A stretch of DNA of 62,692 nucleotides, filler included, from Rhabdomonas costata (lineage: Eukaryota), in assembly GCA_019059605.1 (NCBI GenBank). It is 44 parts of 44 records of this genome, joined end to end, with 100 filler letters (N's around TTAATTAATTAA, not from the genome) between each part and the next. Parts side by side here need not be neighbours in the genome. Positions count along the whole stretch, not along the records: positions 1 to 1,328 come from JAHMHO010019240.1; positions 1,429 to 2,751 come from JAHMHO010019241.1; positions 2,852 to 4,178 come from JAHMHO010019242.1; positions 4,279 to 5,607 come from JAHMHO010019243.1; positions 5,708 to 7,035 come from JAHMHO010019244.1; positions 7,136 to 8,463 come from JAHMHO010019245.1; positions 8,564 to 9,891 come from JAHMHO010019246.1; positions 9,992 to 11,320 come from JAHMHO010019247.1; 36 more parts are not named here. One strand, written 5' to 3'. The translations under genes were made by a program, and so were the position numbers. Positions 1 to 12,739 of the stretch are shown piece by piece. Each line of letters starts with the position of its first letter. The stretch's first letter is position 1. The notes beneath the pieces are model-generated. The model was not told the DNA's origin, made no database searches, and saw only the letters and a program-made list of their open reading frames with translations.

Positions 1-115
1 GGTGGGTTGTATGATTATTGACCTGTTCTGTGGAAACCTCTGCGGTTTAATCTTGTCATTCCATTCCCTGTTCTTCCTCATTTGCATGTTCCTTGGGAGA
101 TGGTTTCTCGCTCAG

Positions 116-1106
116 GTGGCTCTGCAGACGCATGCCAACGTGTGTGTGCTGTGCCAGGAGGCCTCGGAGAGGCACTGGAGCTTTCTTGGGGATATCGTCT
201 CCCAGGTCTCACTCGCTCGCCATGTGTGTGTGGGGATGCAGCCCCAGTCAGCAAGCGGTGCGGCATGTCGCCACTGCGGCGCAACTTCTGCTGATCTTTT
301 TTGCACGCCGTCGATGAATGCGGCACAGCCCATTTTGGACCTACTTCCTTTTGCGTGTGCCTGGGAAGACTCTATGGGAACCCCCTTGTGATGTGATGTC
401 GCTGTGATATCCTCACACACACACACACGCAGCAAGACGAATGCCGTTCGTTCTGCTTGACTAAAAGTGCTGAACAGTGAGACTGGATTGACCTTACTGT
501 CACCGCTGGTTTCGATTTTCCGCTTGGGGCGCTTGAGTGGTTAGGCCGTTGCAAAAAAAAAAAAGGTTTGCGACGCGATCTGCCGGCGCGCGGCGGAGGG
601 CAAGGGGTACGGGGTGGTGCTTCTGCCCGGGGCTGTGGTGCACGCCACCCACGACTTGGCGGGGATCATCGCGGAGCTCACCCAGCACGCCTCCGCGGGC
701 GTACCGCGGGAAGCTCTGGCCGCGGCACTGTCACCGGGCTGCCGGTGTGCACGTTTTTTTTTGCCATGGAGAGGATCCTTTTTAAATTGAGTTTTGTCGG
801 GCGGGAGTGGGGGGAGAGAGTCGGCAAACAAAGGAGGGAGTGGAGCATAGCGAGCTTCTGGTGTGTCCTACTTCAATGTGAATCGAGTCCTGCGCTGAGA
901 TTGACGTGACCGGCGTCGCCCAATGAAATTGTGGATACGAACGCGTAGGTATGAAGTAGTGTGTGCTGCGGTTGGCTTGCAGCGGTGTGCTGGAGAGGCT
1001 CCCACAGTGGGTGCAGGAGATGCTTCTGAGCGAGCGCGACTCCACCGGCGGGGTGGACCTGACTTACGTGCAGATCGAGCGGGTGCTGGCCCAGTTGTGC
1101 GAGCAG
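116..1106 (+). CDS. Pyrophosphate-dependent phosphofructokinase-like protein, 3 internal exons (partial)
   Basis: GT-AG exons 116-205, 566-744 and 983-1106 join in phase: VALQTHANVCVL...VCDAICRRAAEGKGYGVVLLP...IIAEL...LPQWVQEMLLSERDSTGGVDLTYVQIERVL. This resembles the long PPi-PFK motifs ALQTHPN / ICKRA..GKNYGVVLIPEG / QLLLERDPHGNVQVAKIETEK. Confidence 0.85.
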
Positions 1107-1328
1107 GTGTGAGAAGGGGGACCTTCCCTCTCCTGGAATTTTGTCGAGATTCCCTCTTCTGATTTCTTCACGTTTGTCCTATCAATGCCCTCCCTTTGAG
1201 GACACCATCCCTTTCGTACTGCATGGCAAGTCAAAAACGACCGAAATCATTGTGTGCGGAGTTCCATCCATACCAATGTTTGCACTGTTCTTTTTCCCAG
1301 ATGTCAGATTGCAGAAAACCCCGCCATG

Positions 1329-1428
1329 NNNNNNNNNNNNNNNNNNNNNNNNNNNNNNNNNNNNNNNNNNNNTTAATTAATTAANNNNNNNNNNNNNNNN
1401 NNNNNNNNNNNNNNNNNNNNNNNNNNNN
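1329..1428. other. Artificial contig linker N44-TTAATTAATTAA-N44 (first of 43; recurs about every 1428 nt)
   Basis: Identical 100-nt spacer with stop codons in all six frames separates 44 contigs of about 1307-1331 nt. ORFs in the track that contain X run into these linkers. Confidence 0.99.
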
Positions 1429-4400
1429 CGCCCAGCTGTATCTCTGGGCGGATGCCCCTTCCTGTATTCTGGTTTGTTTCGGGTTTTCTCCATTATCCGC
1501 TGAAGCCTTCCTTTCTGGTGCGACGATGTAGGCAGGTTCCTTTTTCTGTGTGGTTTTTGTTTGCTTCCCTTTGGGCAGCACAAAGGTGGGATGTACATGA
1601 GCATTGCCGGAGCAGATGGTGTCACCTTCCGCTCCGCCCTCTGCTTTGCTAAACTATGGCTCTCCCGCCGTTTTTGTCGAGAATGGTTTCGTTCTGCGCC
1701 ACCAAAAAACTAAAACCTCAGTATCTCTCTCTTTCGGTCTCTTGCCGCACTGAAAAGAAACGCCGCCTTGTTGCCCTGTGGTTAGGTGTGCTGCGTTTTC
1801 AGAGCGGAGTAGGGGATGTTGTATTTTACTCTTTCGCTCCTCTTTCCTTCGGCCGCGCATTTTATAATCTTTGTGCAGTTTGCTTCCGGCAACCCTTCGT
1901 TCTGGGATAGCCCGCGGTTCATCCCCCAGCCAGCCTATGTTTCGTGTGCTTTCGTGGATACTGGCGAACGTGTTTGTGTGGGCCGTCTTGCGGCCTCTTC
2001 TCGCAACTTCGGGATTGCCCTCGTGTGGCTGGGCTTGTTGTGTGTTCCCCTATGCTCCTGTTAACAGGTTGTTTATGAAGAAGTTGCTGTCCCCACGGGG
2101 TTATGTTGTTTGGGGGGATTTGTATTGGCGGAGTGCTGTCGCCTTTTTCTGTTTTCTTTTCCCTCATTCGCATTCGCGAACGGGGAGTGAGCTTGGCCTC
2201 AGCGAGCTCGAGCCTTCTGCAGGCGACGCGCATCTGCAAAACCAACCAACTGCATGTGGTGCTGTTGGTTGTGGGACGAACTACTCCTCTCGGTTCGGTA
2301 GGAGAGGGGCGCTGCGGGCCGACGTGCGCTCTGGTGCTCACAAAACCCTGCCCTTGTGCTAGGCGCGAACTGCAGCACTCTGCGAGGCATCGGTTCAGAT
2401 CGGTACCTGATGCAAATTGAAAGAGAGCTTTGCTTTCGTATTTGTGTGTGTCTCTTTGTGATAACTAGAGTGATAGTAATGGCAAGTAGCAAGTTTAACA
2501 TATCTGTCCCTCAACTTTTTCTTGCTTCTGCACTCGAGCACTTTTGCTGCATAACGACACCAGCACAGCCTCACCTATTCAATTACGTATTCACCATCAG
2601 TAGATGTTGACTTATCATTCCTGATCATCCGGTGACGATTAGAAAACTCACTTTCTTGCATGAGCATGTGAGCACTGTTTGCGTGCCTTGCCTCACGCAG
2701 TATTGCCCAGGCATGCAGTTTTGCTTCCAAGGCCGTTCAACACAAACCAACNNNNNNNNNNNNNNNNNNNNNNNNNNNNNNNNNNNNNNNNNNNNTTAAT
2801 TAATTAANNNNNNNNNNNNNNNNNNNNNNNNNNNNNNNNNNNNNNNNNNNNGGTTGGTGTGGAGGGTCAGCTGGCTTGCTGGCAGCGTCTCGGGGTCTCG
2901 GGCATGACCTTGTGCCGGCGAATAACCGGAACTTGCCCTTGGTGTGCTTCCAGATGCCGTAATTATAGACAATTCCGGTTCCCGTGGTTTATTGAATTCT
3001 TTCGCCTCCTTGACCACGTCCTCACAGGTCATGCTGACGGGCTCGAAGACGTTTTTATCAGCGAGGTATTTCACCATCTCCCTCTGGTACCACCGCAGGC
3101 ACGAAGAAACCGTGGGGCGCACGCTTGCACACACACACACACTCTCACTCTCACGCATCCTCTCTTCTAGGCTGGCGTCTCCTGCCCGGGTTCGACTTGC
3201 TATCACTCCACCTCCTCGGTCTTCTGCGTTGCTCTTCAAAACTTCTCTTTCTGTAACGGGACTCCCCAAAACTTCGTCCTGCAACTTGCCTTTCCGGCTT
3301 TCCCTTGCCTTCTTCGCTGCTTTGGCTCCACCTCCGGCTGTCCATCTGCTCTGCCCATCCTGTGAGCTCAATATTCCCGTACAGAATCTCTTTCGAGACC
3401 ACTTAGCTGTCATGAAACAACTTCTATTGCAAACGTGATACATAACGGTCCTGAGCCTCCCCTGCTAGGACAGAGGTATACTCCACAACCCACGTCCGAT
3501 CACCTAACGGCTCAGCTTGTTCTACTGCTCACCATGCAAACTTTTGTAGTCTAAGTCAATTCTTCTTCAAACAATGCAATACCAACCTCCATCAGCTGCA
3601 ACCAAATGCAACTCTTTTCTTTCAATTGCTGCAGCCACTTCTTCTCCACAACCAATGCAACACAATGACTGCAACATCAACTTCACTATCGACAATAGTA
3701 GTAGCACAGCACTGTGCCTTGCAAAAAAACGACAACAGGGACAAAACCCTGCTATTTTTCTTCGAAGCTTCGTAATCTCTTCTGTTTGAAGTCCTCCTTC
3801 ACCAACGTCGTCTCCATCTGAACCACAAGAAACAGAAATTGAAACACTGACACAAACATCACATGCATCCATAAGACTGCTATGCAATCTCAGTAGCTTC
3901 AGTAGCTTTCAAAGCTTTCTGCAATTGTTGACGGCAATGTAGTATTCCTTGTCCTCATGGGTGAGTGGATGCAATTTTTTTCAAACTAACGAGCGCTATG
4001 ACGGGGAATTTGCGAGTTAACGCGCGATACGGGCGGGTTGCGAGGGTGTTCTGCACTGATAAGGCAGCGGTAACATTGTGGTCACGATATGGTAACGATG
4101 GAAAAACAGTGGTTGAAAAACAAACCAGGTCAGCGGATACTGATATTATATCAGGGCAAACTGAAATGCGCGGTTTGTNNNNNNNNNNNNNNNNNNNNNN
4201 NNNNNNNNNNNNNNNNNNNNNNTTAATTAATTAANNNNNNNNNNNNNNNNNNNNNNNNNNNNNNNNNNNNNNNNNNNNAGCAGCCTGCTGCCGCTATAGA
4301 CCGTGCGTACCGACCCACACCAGAGCCCAACAAACAGAAAGGAGCACAGCAACAAAGAGCAGCGCCACACACACACACACGCGCGCAAGCACACACACTG

Positions 4401-5713
4401 AACACATAACAGCAAAACGGAAGGAAAACAGAACGCCTACAGACCGCGCATTTTGTGTGTGTGAGCGAAGGCACAAAAGAAAGCAGCAAGCAGATTATAT
4501 TACAAGAACAAAAACGCACCAAGGCGCGGGACGCGGAGCGCGGGTGGTGAGACGGGCAGGGGAGGAAGGCGCGGTTTGAGAGGAAAGCTCTGAGAACAAA
4601 AAAGCCCTCCACCGTTCCAACCACAGCCTCCGTGAAAACTGAACCTCACGCCAACTCCGGTCGGTGGGGGAGAGTGAGGAGGGAAGGTTGTTTTGCAGCA
4701 AAAACATTGCATCGGCTATCTTAAAAGCGCGGGGTCCGGGAAATACATTCGACCTAGACCTGGACACGGTATAGAATTATTTTAGGTCTGATCGTCTGTC
4801 ATTTTATCTTGAATACATGCCAAAGAATGGCAGCGATGAAGGCAGACATCCACTGTTGTGCGGATACACGCAGATCGAGAAAGAAATTTGTCTCAGCGAA
4901 AGAGTTTTGTTGTGCAATGTCTGCGGCCACGCTGTCTGGTGTAGCACTACTGCACCGTCAAGGTAACCCGTGGACGCAATACCATCCATGGCGGACTACT
5001 AATTTTTCCGCAGCGAAGGCAAGCGACACGGTAACCTCAAAAATTTGGGGCGTATCCGACAATATAAAATTATGGCTAACCGCAAAGCCCGAGAAGAGCA
5101 ATTCTAATCGAAAAATCCGGTGCTGCGGGCAAAGTTGAAAAAAAAACCGCGAATCCCGAATTACAAACCTCATCATATCCATCATGTTCACAACCTCCTG
5201 CGTTTGCATTCCACCGACCCCTCCGCAACAGCCCCGCCGCAAACCTTACTCTCTTCGACCACTCTTTCCCTCTCTCTTTCCTTAACCAGTATCGACAAAA
5301 GACTGCCTTCCTGGGCTGCGCAGCCTCTTCACCTTTCCCCACGATCCCTTTTTCCCTTTCTGAGCTCTTGCTTCCTTGCAGGGCGGCGGCGGGATCAAGG
5401 TCAAATCCGTCGCCCCCGGGCAGGGGCACGGGGCCGTCCAGCGGGAGCTTGGCACGGCCCAGGTACTCCACCAAGTCTCGACGGGTGAGCACGCTGCATA
5501 CCGTGGAGTGCCACCCTGAGAGAGTGGACCAACCATCATCCCACGCGCTGCGTGGTACACCAGACGCCTCCTCGCCCACCCATGCGCAGCGATGGCTACC
5601 CAAACCCNNNNNNNNNNNNNNNNNNNNNNNNNNNNNNNNNNNNNNNNNNNNTTAATTAATTAANNNNNNNNNNNNNNNNNNNNNNNNNNNNNNNNNNNNN
5701 NNNNNNNGTTGTG

Positions 5714-5892
5714 TTTGCCCGATTTGGGAAGGAAGCGTAAAACGTTTTACAACAAATAGCCGTGACAATAAGCAACTGCAATTTCTCTCTCCTTCGCCTA
5801 CCCCATGCTCTTCAATTCTCGAATTTGCAGTTGCTTATTGTCACGGCTATTTGTTGTAAAACGTTTTACGCTTCCTTCCCAAATCGGGCAAA
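5714..5892. repeat. Contig-terminal perfect inverted repeat (~68-bp stem), probable amplification fold-back
   Basis: TTTGCCCGATTTGGGAAGG...GCAACTGCAA is followed after a ~40-nt loop by its exact reverse complement. The outermost bases of the terminal arm are G/T only. Confidence 0.9.
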
Positions 5893-6024
5893 GAAAACCC
5901 GGCTCTGGTGGTCTTGAAGTCAGCCAAAACATGCTTCATGAACCGATGTATCATATCTGACCACCCGATGTCTGGCCGGAGGGCCAGTGATCAGTTTGGG
6001 ACTTATCAGTTGTATCCTCTTTAC

Positions 6025-6500
6025 AGAAGGGTTAAAATCAGCTTGAAAGAATAAGCACAGCCGATATGCACTGGAGCCTAGTTTTTTCACCACCCGTTTT
6101 TGCTTCCAAGTCCGAAAACGCCTAATTTAGTGCCACATCTGTAAGTTGTGACTTTTTGAGGTGACGCAGACAAACATATGCAACTCTGTGCATTACAACG
6201 CACAGAAACCAGTGGTTCAGCACGGTGCTGCATGTTCTGACCTTTGACTTGAGTTTTTAGGCAGAACTGTGCCCACTTTTGGGCGCTGGCTCAAAGATTC
6301 CGAGCTCATCTGGCGTACCTTGGCCCGCATCACCTCAAAAGTAAGCGGTGACCGTAGAAGGTTAAAATCAGCTTGAAAGAATAAGCACAACCGATATGCA
6401 CTGGAGCCCAGTTTTTTCACCACCCGTTTTAGCTTCTAAGTCCGAAAACGCCTGATTTAATGCACACCTTTGTTGTGACTTTTTGAGGTGACACGGACAA
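6025..6500 (+). repeat. Diverged ~150-bp direct repeat (6025-6173 and 6356-6500)
   Basis: Both copies read AGAAGG(G)TTAAAATCAGCTTGAAAGAATAAGCACA..CCGATATGCACTGGAGCC..AGTTTTTTCACCACCCG...GTTGTGACTTTTTGAGGTGAC, with scattered substitutions and indels. Confidence 0.9.
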
Positions 6501-6575
6501 TATCACACAGACCTTTACACCTCACTCCCATACGGTGTTGCTCTCGCCACCCCCCCCCCCCCCCCCCCCGCCGTA

Positions 6576-6770
6576 TCAACTCGCACGTTCATTGCCTTGG
6601 ATGGGGCTTCCAATTGCTTCCCACTGCGCCGTGTCGGGATTGACCCAGCACAGCTGCGCGCTGCCCTCGTCGACCGCCACGCCCCGCACCACTGCTTCAA
6701 AGGGGCCAGGAGTCTCCACCACTGCGGCGGAGCTGCCGTAGCCCCCCGCCTTGTTGCCACAGGGCTTCCC
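6576..6770 (-). CDS. Probable terminal exon of an unknown protein
   Basis: GC-rich coding-like stretch (..VETPGPFEAVVRGVAVDEGSAQLCWVNPDTAQWEAIGSPIQGNERAS*). The acceptor site is uncertain. Confidence 0.35.
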   Translation of the reverse strand, partial: GKPCGNKAGGYGSSAAVVETPGPFEAVVRGVAVDEGSAQLCWVNPDTAQWEAIGSPIQGNERAS

Positions 6771-9700
6771 AGCCGCCACCAGCGCCAGCACTAAAACCAA
6801 AGATGTGTGTTTGTGCGATGCTGTCAGGCACCTGGTCGTGTGGGAGTCCCACAGTTGGGAAACTGTATATATTGCATGCAAGAAGGGTCACCACGAACTC
6901 ACCGCAACCACGCACATATGCAGACACACACACACACATACACGCACGCACACGCTCGCACGCACACACACACAGACACACACACACACACACGAGAATC
7001 CTCACTAGTGCAAAACCACCAACCACACCCAACACNNNNNNNNNNNNNNNNNNNNNNNNNNNNNNNNNNNNNNNNNNNNTTAATTAATTAANNNNNNNNN
7101 NNNNNNNNNNNNNNNNNNNNNNNNNNNNNNNNNNNGTGTTTTGTGCTTGCTGCACCCGTAATTGAAGTTCTGTTTTTCGTCATGGGCCAGAACCGAAGCA
7201 GCCGGGCATTGCCCTATTCTGCTTGGGATTTTCTGCGAGAAGATGTTTCTCTGCCTTCAGGGTTTTGGTCTTGCACCTTTTTGTGTGTGACATCGCGTTT
7301 TGGTATTCGAGGACGCCTTACCCAAGGGGCATTCCTCTGCAGCGACCTTTGACTCCTTTCCCCTTAGAATGTATACCCTGCTGATTTTGCCGGGATGCCA
7401 GGCTGGTCTCTGTTGATGGTTTGGAGGGCTGGCTCGGTGGTTTTGTAAATTGGCGGCCGTCGTCCCACCCAACTCATCTTTTCGTTGTATAGTTTTGCGA
7501 TGAGCAGGGTGGCTTCTGTAATTTGTCTGGACACCCATTGGAAGCGCTGGAAGCACGGCAGCCTTCTGGCTTCCTTTGTTGGGTGGAGTATGATGCCTTG
7601 AATAACTGATGATACGGGCGCCTATTGTACAGTGCGCAGGGGCACAGAGAGCTTGAAGTGAAATGAAGGGGAACGACAGGGCTCCACTTATTTGCCATTA
7701 TTACCACCTGCCACGTCATTGAGAGTGTCAAACTTACCACTTCTGCAAATGCAAAACTTTGTACTTTTTTCAGTAACATGTATATGTTCTCGTTGTGGGA
7801 AGTCCCCCAGCGTTCATAGCATCTTTTTCTTTTGATCAAGCAAGCAGGCCACAGGAGTCATTGCAAACTCTGTGTATATTTTGAGGCAGTGCTTCCAGCC
7901 AATAACCGGAACAGGAATCGGGAAGGGGAAAGAAAGAGAGGGAGGTGGAGAGAGAGGGGGGTAACAAGCTGGTTGAGGGTGTGTATATACTCCGATTCTC
8001 GCCGAATTCTTTTTAGTTGTGACCGGGATTTCTTGGCGCTTGAAACATGGATCCCCGACTGTATTCAGGTGGATTCCCCCACCTCGGACCAAAGCAAGCC
8101 AAACACGCCTTTGCTGGGGGTTAGGTACGCTTCCCGGGACTCCAATAGAAACTGTTGCAGGAATTTTGGTTGGGATGCACGTTTCCGATGCTTTGTTGTA
8201 GGATATCTTGGGCCATTCGCGCTGCAATCGGCCGTCCAAGATTCTGTTTGTTTACGTTTTAGATAGTCCACGCACGCTTCGTCTTCCTCCATATGTACAA
8301 GTGTTTCCTTCTTTCGGCTTTCTCAAAACAAACCCTTTCCTGAGAGGGGACCGATTATGCATTTTTCAAGTGGGTCCTGGTGGCATCTTCATGGATTCCT
8401 TTTTAACGCGGTGCACAGAGTGTACACGCAGCAGGAAAACCCAAAACCAAACACACCCACCACNNNNNNNNNNNNNNNNNNNNNNNNNNNNNNNNNNNNN
8501 NNNNNNNTTAATTAATTAANNNNNNNNNNNNNNNNNNNNNNNNNNNNNNNNNNNNNNNNNNNNGTGTTGGGTGTTTGGGGGTGGTTTTGCCGACTGCCTT
8601 AATTGTGTTTGCAAATACTGCTGAGAAATTCCTATGCAAGTAACATTATAGTGTCATTTTAACTGGTGTAGAATCCACTACTTTGTGCTATAATGTAAGT
8701 GAGTTATGTACAATGTTACTGTTGTTGCATAACTCACACAGTTTCACGTGACATTGGTCTCATTTTCACTCTACGTGCATGTTTGGTGGCCTCTTTATGG
8801 CTTCCAGTTATCAAAAATTAGCACTGAAGTTACCAAAATGGTTCCTATAGGAGGTCGTGACCATAAGCGCAGTATATTATTACAGGTTGTGTGGTTAACA
8901 TGGGTGTTTGTGCGGTTGGTCATAGCTTCACTCGGAAATCCTTAGCCATCATGTCGGCCTCGGACTCGGCTTCACCGCTCATCACGGCTATTTCTATACA
9001 TCACAAAATCAACATTACCACTATTGCCATGTGATTTGGTGAGTGGATGGTGATGTGTAGCGTCGTTATAGCCACTAAAGCAATCTTACCACAAACGTCA
9101 CAACTACCACGGCATCACCACGTCAGCCATAGTGGTTGGCACTTGAGACAGTAGGTTGTGTTTGCCATCCACAATCCATTCATGCAAAACCTCGTCATGG
9201 TCTAACACTTCTACTATGCTCTGATTATATTGTGTGAGTAACAGCAACTACTCCATTTGTTTGAATCACATGGCTTTGTACCATAGTTGTTCTCAATATG
9301 GCATAGAAACCACCCACCCAAGAACAAGAATCTTAAAAGGGATAGAATATCACTACACCTATCCACATTACAATAGCCACTGTTTTTCGTGTTGTTTGAG
9401 TTTTATTGTCCCCTGCGGTATTACTCGAAACCATACTGCAGATCTACTGCTACGGTTAACTGGGTGCGTTAACTGGGTCATTGTTGTTAAAGACCCATTG
9501 TATCCGTCGCTATTGTGACTCACCATTGCATTTTGGTTTCACAATTGCTATCTCGTAGTACACCTACGGCTTACTTGGACATTAACAATGACGATTGAAA
9601 CCAACGTCAAACACACACACACACGAGAAATTGCACAAAAAAACTGCACACATTAAGACCATCCGATTCAAGAATGTCAATTTGGCACAACGTTAACTCA

Positions 9701-10958
9701 AAATCAACCACACAGCGACACCTAGAACACATAAAACGCAGTAAACTCCACAGCCACCGCTCCACAAAACCCCACCAGCTCAACAAACACATCAATACCA
9801 AAAGAGTGACCCATAGTCAGCACCATAATAAATACAAGCGGCATGACCAACTAACCAAACAACCACCACAACAAGTTACACCAACAACAACNNNNNNNNN
9901 NNNNNNNNNNNNNNNNNNNNNNNNNNNNNNNNNNNTTAATTAATTAANNNNNNNNNNNNNNNNNNNNNNNNNNNNNNNNNNNNNNNNNNNNGTTTTTTGG
10001 GGAGTACACGCGTCCGTTGGACGGCTCTTGGTCGTTTGCGATTGTTGTTTTTTATCGGACACTCGACCCTTCGAACTGCTGCGCCGAACTTCGAGTGGGA
10101 TCTGCGCTACCTTGTTTCTTTTAACGTATTTTGATTGTTCTGGAAGAGTGTGGGAAAAGGATGGTGATTATTTCAGTGTTGGTTTCTATTCCCAATTCCG
10201 CTCTAGTACATTGTGGTGCAGAAGAGAACTGCAGAAGGGGCCCACGAAAAGCGGCAGTGTTTGTTGCGTCACGTGATTCCGTTGCCACCGAGGGCAAAAG
10301 ACTTCGAATGGAAAACCGTCACGGACCGTTTTCTGAATTTCTGGGTGTAACTTACCTTATTTTTGGGCGTCCTACCGCCGATCGACAGGATCTGAAGGCC
10401 CACAGCGGGACGGGGGGAAGGGCAAGGGACCTGCAATGCAAGATAACCGGGCCAAGGCCATCAACACGAAGCCCCGCCACGCACGGTATCGGGAACCGTT
10501 CCTTTGCTGCCTCCGTAGCAATTGACTCACAACCCATGACAAGCCCACAAATTGGCACCTTTTTTTCCCAAAGGAGCGTCAATAAGACGGATTTCACGAT
10601 GACATCGGGGGTCCACCCGGCGCGGCGCGCGCGACAACCACGGCCGAACATGGAAGACAAAAACAGGAAGACATCTATAATGGTCCGCCATCTCGGTGGG
10701 CGCGTTTATGCCTCATTGCCGAAGCGGCGGTGTACCGCCGTAACGTAGGTTTCAACGACTTTTGAGAAAACTATTGCCCGCTTGGCCTAACCCATATTTT
10801 AACGGCCTTTTAAATCGGCGGAATCATTTAAATTCACACAATTCTGCAAAAAGTGGGCGGTTGAATTTGACTAGCGTAACTAGACACGGTGTGTCGCAAA
10901 AACCTCATCCAAAATTTTCGTTTACTGAAAAGGCAAATACTTTTGCGAGCATAATAAC

Positions 10959-10997
10959 ATGAAGTACGAAGTATGAAGTATGAAGTATGAAGTATGA
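10959..10997 (+). repeat. Short tandem repeat (ATGAAGT)n, about 5 copies
   Basis: ATGAAGT ACGAAGT ATGAAGT ATGAAGT ATGAAGT ATGA read directly. Confidence 0.85.
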
Positions 10998-11203
10998 CTA
11001 GGACATAGGACTTCATAAACTTTTATGCTGTTAATCATTACATAAATCAAGGTGCAGCACATTCAAACGGATAATAAAGATGTATACATAGAGACAAAAA
11101 ACCAGCAATTACAATGAAAAAAGCCACCCAGCACTTAAAAAAAACATAAGGCGCTCCTTCAGTTGTACGGCACACTGTAATTTTAAGTCAGGGGGTTAGG
11201 GGG

Positions 11204-11309
11204 CGATGCAAGCACAGGGCAGAGCCCCCCCAGCAACTTTCCTAGGGTTAGGGTGCGGTGCCTTTACCCTAGGAAAGTTGCTGTGGGGCTCTGCCCTGTG
11301 CTTGCATCG
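11204..11309. repeat. Contig-terminal imperfect inverted repeat (~45-bp stem) next to TTAGGG-like units
   Basis: CGATGCAAGCACAGGGCAGAGCCCC...AGCAACTTTCCTAGGGT pairs with ACCCTAGGAAAGTTGCTG.GGGGCTCTGCCCTGTGCTTGCATCG. There is a mismatch in the C-run. Confidence 0.85.
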
Positions 11310-12615
11310 TCCCACAACCCNNNNNNNNNNNNNNNNNNNNNNNNNNNNNNNNNNNNNNNNNNNNTTAATTAATTAANNNNNNNNNNNNNNNNNNNNNNNN
11401 NNNNNNNNNNNNNNNNNNNNGGTGGTGTTGGTGTGGGTTTAGCGTGAATGGTGGTGTCGTTGTCTGTGCTCCTGCTGGTTTCGGTCTTCCGTGTAGGTTG
11501 TGCTCAAGAGTTCGGTCCCTTTGGTCCTGACGCTGGACTTCATATTTGGGTTTGTTTTGTCTTGCAGCGGAGACGTTTAGTGGCTGAGGTGCTGGGGCTC
11601 GTTTCTTTGCGCAGCTAATGGTGTGTCACTGGTCCAGATGCAGTGATGCCCAGCCGGTCTGTTGCGCAAAGCCATTTTGATTCTTGCTGCCCACGCTGGG
11701 GCGGAAACTACAGTACTACTACAGGAGTGCAAGATTTCTTAAATGTAACACGGAATGTCAGATAATGACTAGTGAAAACGCTTGAAAAATTGGTAAGCGT
11801 TTGGTTAGATATTGGGTGGATTGAGTCGGGTTAACTCGGTTTAACATAATCTGACACCTGCAAGCTCAAAGACGACGACAAAATTGTCAGAATCACAGGT
11901 TCCCTCGCATAGTTTCTCCAGTGAATCTAAATTGCTTGACACGGTCCTACATCTAAATGCAGCTGCACAGGGCGGATTTCCCTTTTCCCCGTAGATCCGG
12001 TCCATTTCTTGCAGTTTCCTTACAGTATCGCCGGTCTGCTTTCCTGACAGCTTCGGTTTTGCAGAGCTATGGATAATCGCTGATCTGTGCTTGCGGTGCG
12101 TTTGTCTCACCCAAATATCAGTTATCAGAAGCTCATCAACAAACTGGACCCAGTTTTTTAAAACGCGCACACAAACGCACGCTCGTAGGTCTGACAATTC
12201 AATTCCCATGTGGTTGCAACATGTGCATACATGCCAAGAGTCTGCTGAGTGTGTGAGGAGCGTAGGATGAGGAAGGAAAGGCGGCGAAGCGAGAAGCCCT
12301 CGAGGCAAAAGGCATACCATGGAGTAGCACTCGCCGACACCCATCGCCCCCATTAGGATGGCCATACACACCCGCAGGACCTGAAACGGTAAAAATGCAG
12401 AGGATGGTTGGAAGCCCTGATTGTTGGAATGAAAGCTATCGAAGAAAGAACTCGCGCGCCAGGAACAAAAACCCACGAGGAAAGAAAAAATTTATGCACA
12501 AATATCTTCCTCAGCTTGAAACGGCAACGCCTAGCGAGAAACCTAATTTCAAAGCAGCTATGACCAGGCAATCCGAAAGATTGTACTGAAGCCTGTACGG
12601 AAGAGGGGCCGTGGA

Positions 12616-12739
12616 GTGCACTCTTAGTCTCATCTGGAAAGAAAGAGTGAGGTGGGCAGGAAGCCATTTTGCTCAGGTATCTGCAAAATGGCTTCCTGCC
12701 CACCTCACTCTTTCTTTCCAGATGAGACTAAGAGTGCAC
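12616..12739. repeat. Contig-terminal perfect inverted repeat (~57-bp stem), probable amplification fold-back
   Basis: GTGCACTCTTAG...GCCATTTTGC, a 10-nt loop, then the exact reverse complement, then a C/A-only tail. Confidence 0.9.

Noticed and set aside
2852-3960. Minus-strand 215-aa ORF and an upstream DACDVC motif as a transposase
   Set aside because: Interrupted by stops, includes microsatellite-derived residues, and has no DDE motifs I can support.
10131-10748. 205-aa ORF
   Set aside because: No recognisable motif or codon bias, and it has a TTG start. Probably chance.
11841-12476. 211-aa minus-strand ORF
   Set aside because: No family signal and no convincing splice pattern.
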